A stretch of 20,226 nucleotides of DNA, from the NCBI GenBank assembly GCA_964549305.1, contig CAZJVM010000036.1, positions 1 through 20,226 of the forward strand, in the 5' to 3' direction. The notes below the pieces were generated by a model. It was given only the letters and a program-made list of their open reading frames with translations, searched no databases and was not told the origin of the DNA. Numbering within the stretch: the stretch's first letter is position 1; each line of letters begins with the position of its first letter. The stretch comes from an uncultured bacterium (GTDB taxonomy: Bacteria; Schekmanbacteria; GWA2-38-11; J061). Shown here piece after piece: positions 16,906-20,226 of this stretch. A program made the translations under genes and the position numbers.

Positions 16906-18129
16906 ATGGGAAAAATAAAAGGTTTGATTTGCAGGGAATGTAAAAACGAATATCCCGCCGAAGCGATACACGTTTGCGAATTCTGTTTCGGGCCTCTTGA
17001 AGTTAATTACGATTATGACTTTATTGCAGGTGAAATATCAAAAGAAAAGATAGAAAACGGCCCGCCAAGTCTGTGGAGATATATTGACCTTCTTCCCGTA
17101 AGCGGTGAAGACATAGTTGGCAAGGATTCCGGATTTACGCCTCTTGTCAAAGCTGATAATCTCGGTAAAGCGCTCGGACTGGATGAGTTGTATATCAAAA
17201 ACGATACTGTCAATCACCCCACGCTTTCCTTTAAAGACAGAGTTGTCGCAGTCGCGCTATCAAGGGCGAAAGAATTCGGATACGACACCGTTGCCTGCGC
17301 CTCTACCGGTAATCTGGCGAATTCTGTTGCCGCAAACGCTGCCGCCGCAGGGTTGAAGTGCTATGTGTTCATACCCGGTGACCTCGAAGCGGGCAAGGTG
17401 CTTGGAAGTGTAATTTATCGCCCGAAGGTTGTTGCCGTTAACGGTAATTACGATGACGTGAACCGCCTATGCTCGGAAGTTGCCGGAGAATATAACTGGG
17501 CTTTCGTGAATATCAATATCAGGCCCTACTATGCCGAGGGTTCGAAAACGCTTGCATTCGAAACGGCGGAACAACTGGGATGGAAAGCGCCCGACCAGGT
17601 TGTGGTGCCTGTCGCTTCCGGTTCCCTTTTGACGAAGATAGGTAAGGGGTTCAGGGAATTCAGCAAACTCGGGCTCATAGGAGATGTGAAGACAAAGATA
17701 AACGGCGCTCAGGCGGAAGGATGCTCGCCCGTTGCAACGGCATTCAAGAATGATACGGAATTCATCAAGCCCGTGAAGCCGGATACCATCGCAAAATCAA
17801 TAGCCATAGGCAACCCCGCGGATGGATATTATTCCCTCAGGGCGGTAAAGGAAAGCGGTGGAGTCTTTGAAACGGTTACGGATGATGAAGTGGTTGACGG
17901 AATGAAACTTCTCGCTTCAAAGGAGGGAATATTCGCGGAGACTGCTGGCGGTGTGACAATTGCCGTATTGAAAAAGCTTGCGGAGCAGGGCAAAATAGCT
18001 AAGAAGGATGTGACGATTGCATATGTTACGGGCAACGGTTTGAAAACGCAGGAAGCGGTTATCGATGCAGTGGAGAAACCTGTGAAGATTAATCCTCATC
18101 TGCGGGATTTTGAAGATATTTTAAAATAA
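16906..18129 (+). CDS. thrC: Threonine synthase-like PLP enzyme (fold type II) with an N-terminal Zn ribbon; in this context possibly an O-phosphohomoserine sulfhydrylase
   Basis: CREC...CEFC, PLP lysine motif PTLSFKDR, CASTGNLA, EGSKT, VPVASGS, SIAIGNP and TGNGLK. AAGGAG RBS precedes ATG 16906. Confidence 0.88.
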   Translation: MGKIKGLICRECKNEYPAEAIHVCEFCFGPLEVNYDYDFIAGEISKEKIENGPPSLWRYIDLLPVSGEDIVGKDSGFTPLVKADNLGKALGLDELYIKNDTVNHPTLSFKDRVVAVALSRAKEFGYDTVACASTGNLANSVAANAAAAGLKCYVFIPGDLEAGKVLGSVIYRPKVVAVNGNYDDVNRLCSEVAGEYNWAFVNINIRPYYAEGSKTLAFETAEQLGWKAPDQVVVPVASGSLLTKIGKGFREFSKLGLIGDVKTKINGAQAEGCSPVATAFKNDTEFIKPVKPDTIAKSIAIGNPADGYYSLRAVKESGGVFETVTDDEVVDGMKLLASKEGIFAETAGGVTIAVLKKLAEQGKIAKKDVTIAYVTGNGLKTQEAVIDAVEKPVKINPHLRDFEDILK

Positions 18130-18171
18130 GAGATATCAGGTTAAAAAAATAGATGCGGAAAGGAGTACGGT

Positions 18172-18447
18172 ATGGCGGTAAAAGTGAGAATTCCCACACC
18201 TCTCAGAAAACTTACGGACCAGCAGTCAGTCGTGGAGATTGAAGGCGGAAATATCTCGGAAGTGATAGAGGGACTTGAATCGAAGTTTAACGGGATTAAG
18301 GCAAGACTCTGCGACGAAGAGGGGAATGTAAGAAGATTCGTAAATATTTTCGTCAATGAGGAAGACATCCGTTTTATGAAGGGCACTGAAACCGAAGTGA
18401 AAGAAGGCGATGAGGTTTCCATTGTGCCTGCAATTGCCGGCGGATGA
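18172..18447 (+). CDS. MoaD/ThiS/CysO-family ubiquitin-like sulfur carrier protein
   Basis: VRIPTPLR...[15 protein letters not shown]...[13 protein letters not shown] with a free C-terminal GG. AAGGAG RBS. Confidence 0.95.
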   Translation: MAVKVRIPTPLRKLTDQQSVVEIEGGNISEVIEGLESKFNGIKARLCDEEGNVRRFVNIFVNEEDIRFMKGTETEVKEGDEVSIVPAIAGG

Positions 18448-18473
18448 TAGTTTAACGGGAAAGGTGAAACGTT

Positions 18474-18713
18474 ATGTCAGTTTTCAGAGCGAGATTGAAA
18501 TTTACCGGTGAAATCGTAAAAGAACCGATAATCTATCGCCTTATAAAGGGTTTCGATGTTGTGCCCAATCTCAGGAAAGCGCTTTTCGACAACGATACGG
18601 GATGGGTTGACATCGAGATATCGGGAGATTTCGACGAGATAGAGCGTGCCGTAAAAGCGCTCAAGGAATGGGGAGTCGAAGTTTTTCCCATAGAAGGCGA
18701 CGTAATAGAATAA
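18474..18713 (+). CDS. Stand-alone NIL domain protein (ACT-like fold, as in the MetN C-terminus)
   Basis: LKF...EPIIYRL...FDVVPNLRKA...GWVDIEISG...IERAVKALKEWGVEV matches the NIL pattern. AAAGGTG RBS. Confidence 0.85.
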   Translation: MSVFRARLKFTGEIVKEPIIYRLIKGFDVVPNLRKALFDNDTGWVDIEISGDFDEIERAVKALKEWGVEVFPIEGDVIE

Positions 18714-18732
18714 TATTTCTTTCAGTAAAGCG

Positions 18733-19128
18733 ATGCTCTATATACCCTCCAATATTTATGTCGAATTAATCTGCCACCTTAAAAGCGAATATCCCAATGA
18801 AGGATGTGGAGTCCTTCTGGGGAAAAAGGGCAGAGTAACGGAAATTCTTAAACTTACCAATATAGAAAAACGTCCGGATTCTTTTCAATGCGACCCCTAT
18901 GAACAGCTTGCTTTTTTAAAAAGAATCGACGAGGAGGATATCGAGCTTTTATGCATTTACCATTCCCATCCCGAAGGCGAATGCCTGCCATCGGAAAAAG
19001 ATATACGCCTTGCCCGATTCAACTGCTATTATATGATTGTGCTTCTGAAGAATCTTTCCGACCCTGTCGCAGGGTTGTTTTCCATCGACGGAGATTCATT
19101 CATTAAAAAGGATATTCAGGTGTATTGA
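18733..19128 (+). CDS. JAB/MPN+ (M67, Mec+-like) metalloprotease
   Basis: YPNEGCGVLLG (catalytic Glu) and the JAMM motif YHSHP-x5-PSEKD. Confidence 0.92.
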   Translation: MLYIPSNIYVELICHLKSEYPNEGCGVLLGKKGRVTEILKLTNIEKRPDSFQCDPYEQLAFLKRIDEEDIELLCIYHSHPEGECLPSEKDIRLARFNCYYMIVLLKNLSDPVAGLFSIDGDSFIKKDIQVY

Positions 19129-19136
19129 GAGCAGGT

Positions 19137-19535
19137 CTAAGGGGGTCCCTGTTGTTCATCTCTGGAGAAAATGCTCTTTCTTAAACCCGGTACCTGCACC
19201 GGAATTTCATCGGTGAGTTTTCCCTCTACAAACCAGAGGAATTTATCTCTCTTCTCATAAACCCACTCTTCCACTTTGCGAGGTTTTTCCCTGCCGGAAA
19301 CTGCTTCCCTGTAAACGAGAATGTATGTAGGCGAACCAAGTTCACCGTATATTTTCTTCTGCGCGCCTGACAATTCATCTGCGTCGATTAGCGGTTTTTC
19401 CCAGATATTGGGTTTTATGAACTTTCCCTTGTCTATGTATGAAACATTGTTGAAGCATCCTGTCGAAAAGAAAAAAAACGTGGCAAGTACCAACGCGGGG
19501 AAAGGAAAAAAACGTTCTTTTATTACGGTTTTCAT
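19137..19535 (-). CDS. Small lipoprotein, possibly SmpA/BamE-like fold
   Basis: Lipobox STG|C after a hydrophobic stretch. The ELGSP...VEEWVYE...LWFVEGKL pattern resembles BamE/SmpA-like domains. The stop lies 8 bp from the convergent JAB stop. Confidence 0.6.
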   Translation of the reverse strand: MKTVIKERFFPFPALVLATFFFFSTGCFNNVSYIDKGKFIKPNIWEKPLIDADELSGAQKKIYGELGSPTYILVYREAVSGREKPRKVEEWVYEKRDKFLWFVEGKLTDEIPVQVPGLRKSIFSRDEQQGPP

Positions 19536-19638
19536 AATTGTTAAATAAATATATTTTTAATGTTGGCAGGGTTTATATTACGCAAAATCACATTTGTCCA
19601 AAAAAATGTTGAAAGACTGCAGAATACAAAGGAGAGTT

Positions 19639-20226
19639 TTAATGTGCCGGAGATTCGTCAAGGACCCTTCGTATCTTTTCCAGTAGTTTAAAAGGAGAGA
19701 ATGGTTTTTGAATATAGGGAATATTTTTTTTGATGCCTCCGTTTCTCTGTATTTCCTTGTCAGAATATCCCGACATAACGAGCACCTTAATCGAAGGAAT
19801 TATTCCTTTCAGTTTATCTGCAAGTTCAATGCCATCCATTTCGGGCATAATCAGGTCTGTGAGCAGAAGGTCTATTGTGCCGATTCCGTTTCCTGCCATC
19901 TGAAGCGCTTCAACAGGTCCCGTCGCGGAAATCGCATTATATCCTTTCGAAGATACTATTTCGCAGGCAAGGTCGCGTACAGTTTCCTCGTCTTCCACTA
20001 TGAGGATTCTTTCATGTCCGAAAACTGATACATCCTCCGCTGAAGTTTTTTCTATAGCGCTAAGGTCCTTGGTGTCCGCGCGGGGAAGATATATCTTAAA
20101 GGCGGTGCCTTTGCCGGGTTTGCTGTGAACGGTTATATAACCGTTGCTCTGCTTGACGATTCCATAGACAGTGGAAAGTCCGAGTCCCGTGCCTTCGCCG
20201 ATTTTTTTCGTAGTAAAGAAGGGTTC
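19639..20226 (-). CDS. C-terminal part of a hybrid sensor histidine kinase/response regulator (HATPase + REC), truncated by the window edge
   Basis: The frame is open from 20226: [29 protein letters not shown]...[11 protein letters not shown] (F/G2 boxes), then [11 protein letters not shown]...[13 protein letters not shown]...MSGY...QKPF (receiver domain). The 119-aa ORF in the track is only the REC part. Confidence 0.93.
   Translation of the reverse strand, partial: EPFFTTKKIGEGTGLGLSTVYGIVKQSNGYITVHSKPGKGTAFKIYLPRADTKDLSAIEKTSAEDVSVFGHERILIVEDEETVRDLACEIVSSKGYNAISATGPVEALQMAGNGIGTIDLLLTDLIMPEMDGIELADKLKGIIPSIKVLVMSGYSDKEIQRNGGIKKNIPYIQKPFSPFKLLEKIRRVLDESPAH

Noticed and set aside
18172-19128. 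Ubiquitin-like conjugation anti-phage system (Bil/CBASS Cap2-Cap3 type)
   Set aside because: There is no E1/E2, cyclase or effector, and the ThrC and NIL neighbours point to sulfur amino-acid metabolism.
19639-19998. Stand-alone 119-aa response regulator as given in the ORF track
   Set aside because: The frame continues upstream without a stop through HATPase motifs, so it is the tail of a hybrid kinase.
1-20226. CRISPR arrays, tRNA/rRNA, IS elements, integrases, prophage genes
   Set aside because: I found no regularly spaced repeats, cloverleafs or mobility genes. Nearly all sequence is accounted for by cellular CDSs.

Overview
A gene-dense, roughly 40-45% GC (estimated by eye) stretch of a diderm bacterial chromosome. 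It contains no rRNA, tRNA, CRISPR array or mobile element that I can recognise. In order: (1) a run of exported proteins, namely the tail of a truncated ORF, a very basic PsbP-like protein, an 831-aa Asp-box beta-propeller protein and an SNase+OB-fold nuclease; (2) an HDAC-family deacetylase, an acidic CxxC..CxxC protein and a TPR lipoprotein; (3) an operon with a polyprenyl-phosphate glycosylphosphotransferase, the full GDP-D-glycero-alpha-D-manno-heptose pathway (hddC-hddA-gmhA-gmhB) and an SDR epimerase; (4) a minus-strand MFP+RND pair with no outer-membrane factor; (5) a divergent operon of ThrC-like PLP enzyme, ubiquitin-like sulfur carrier, stand-alone NIL domain and JAB protease, probably a sulfur-carrier route to homocysteine; (6) a small lipoprotein and the 3' end of a hybrid histidine kinase. 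The best leads are the ThrC/Ubl/NIL/JAB module, a multi-stem candidate leader RNA in front of it that I cannot match to a known riboswitch, and a basic + PPxP C-terminal tail shared by two neighbouring proteins. All family calls come from motif recognition, not from database searches.
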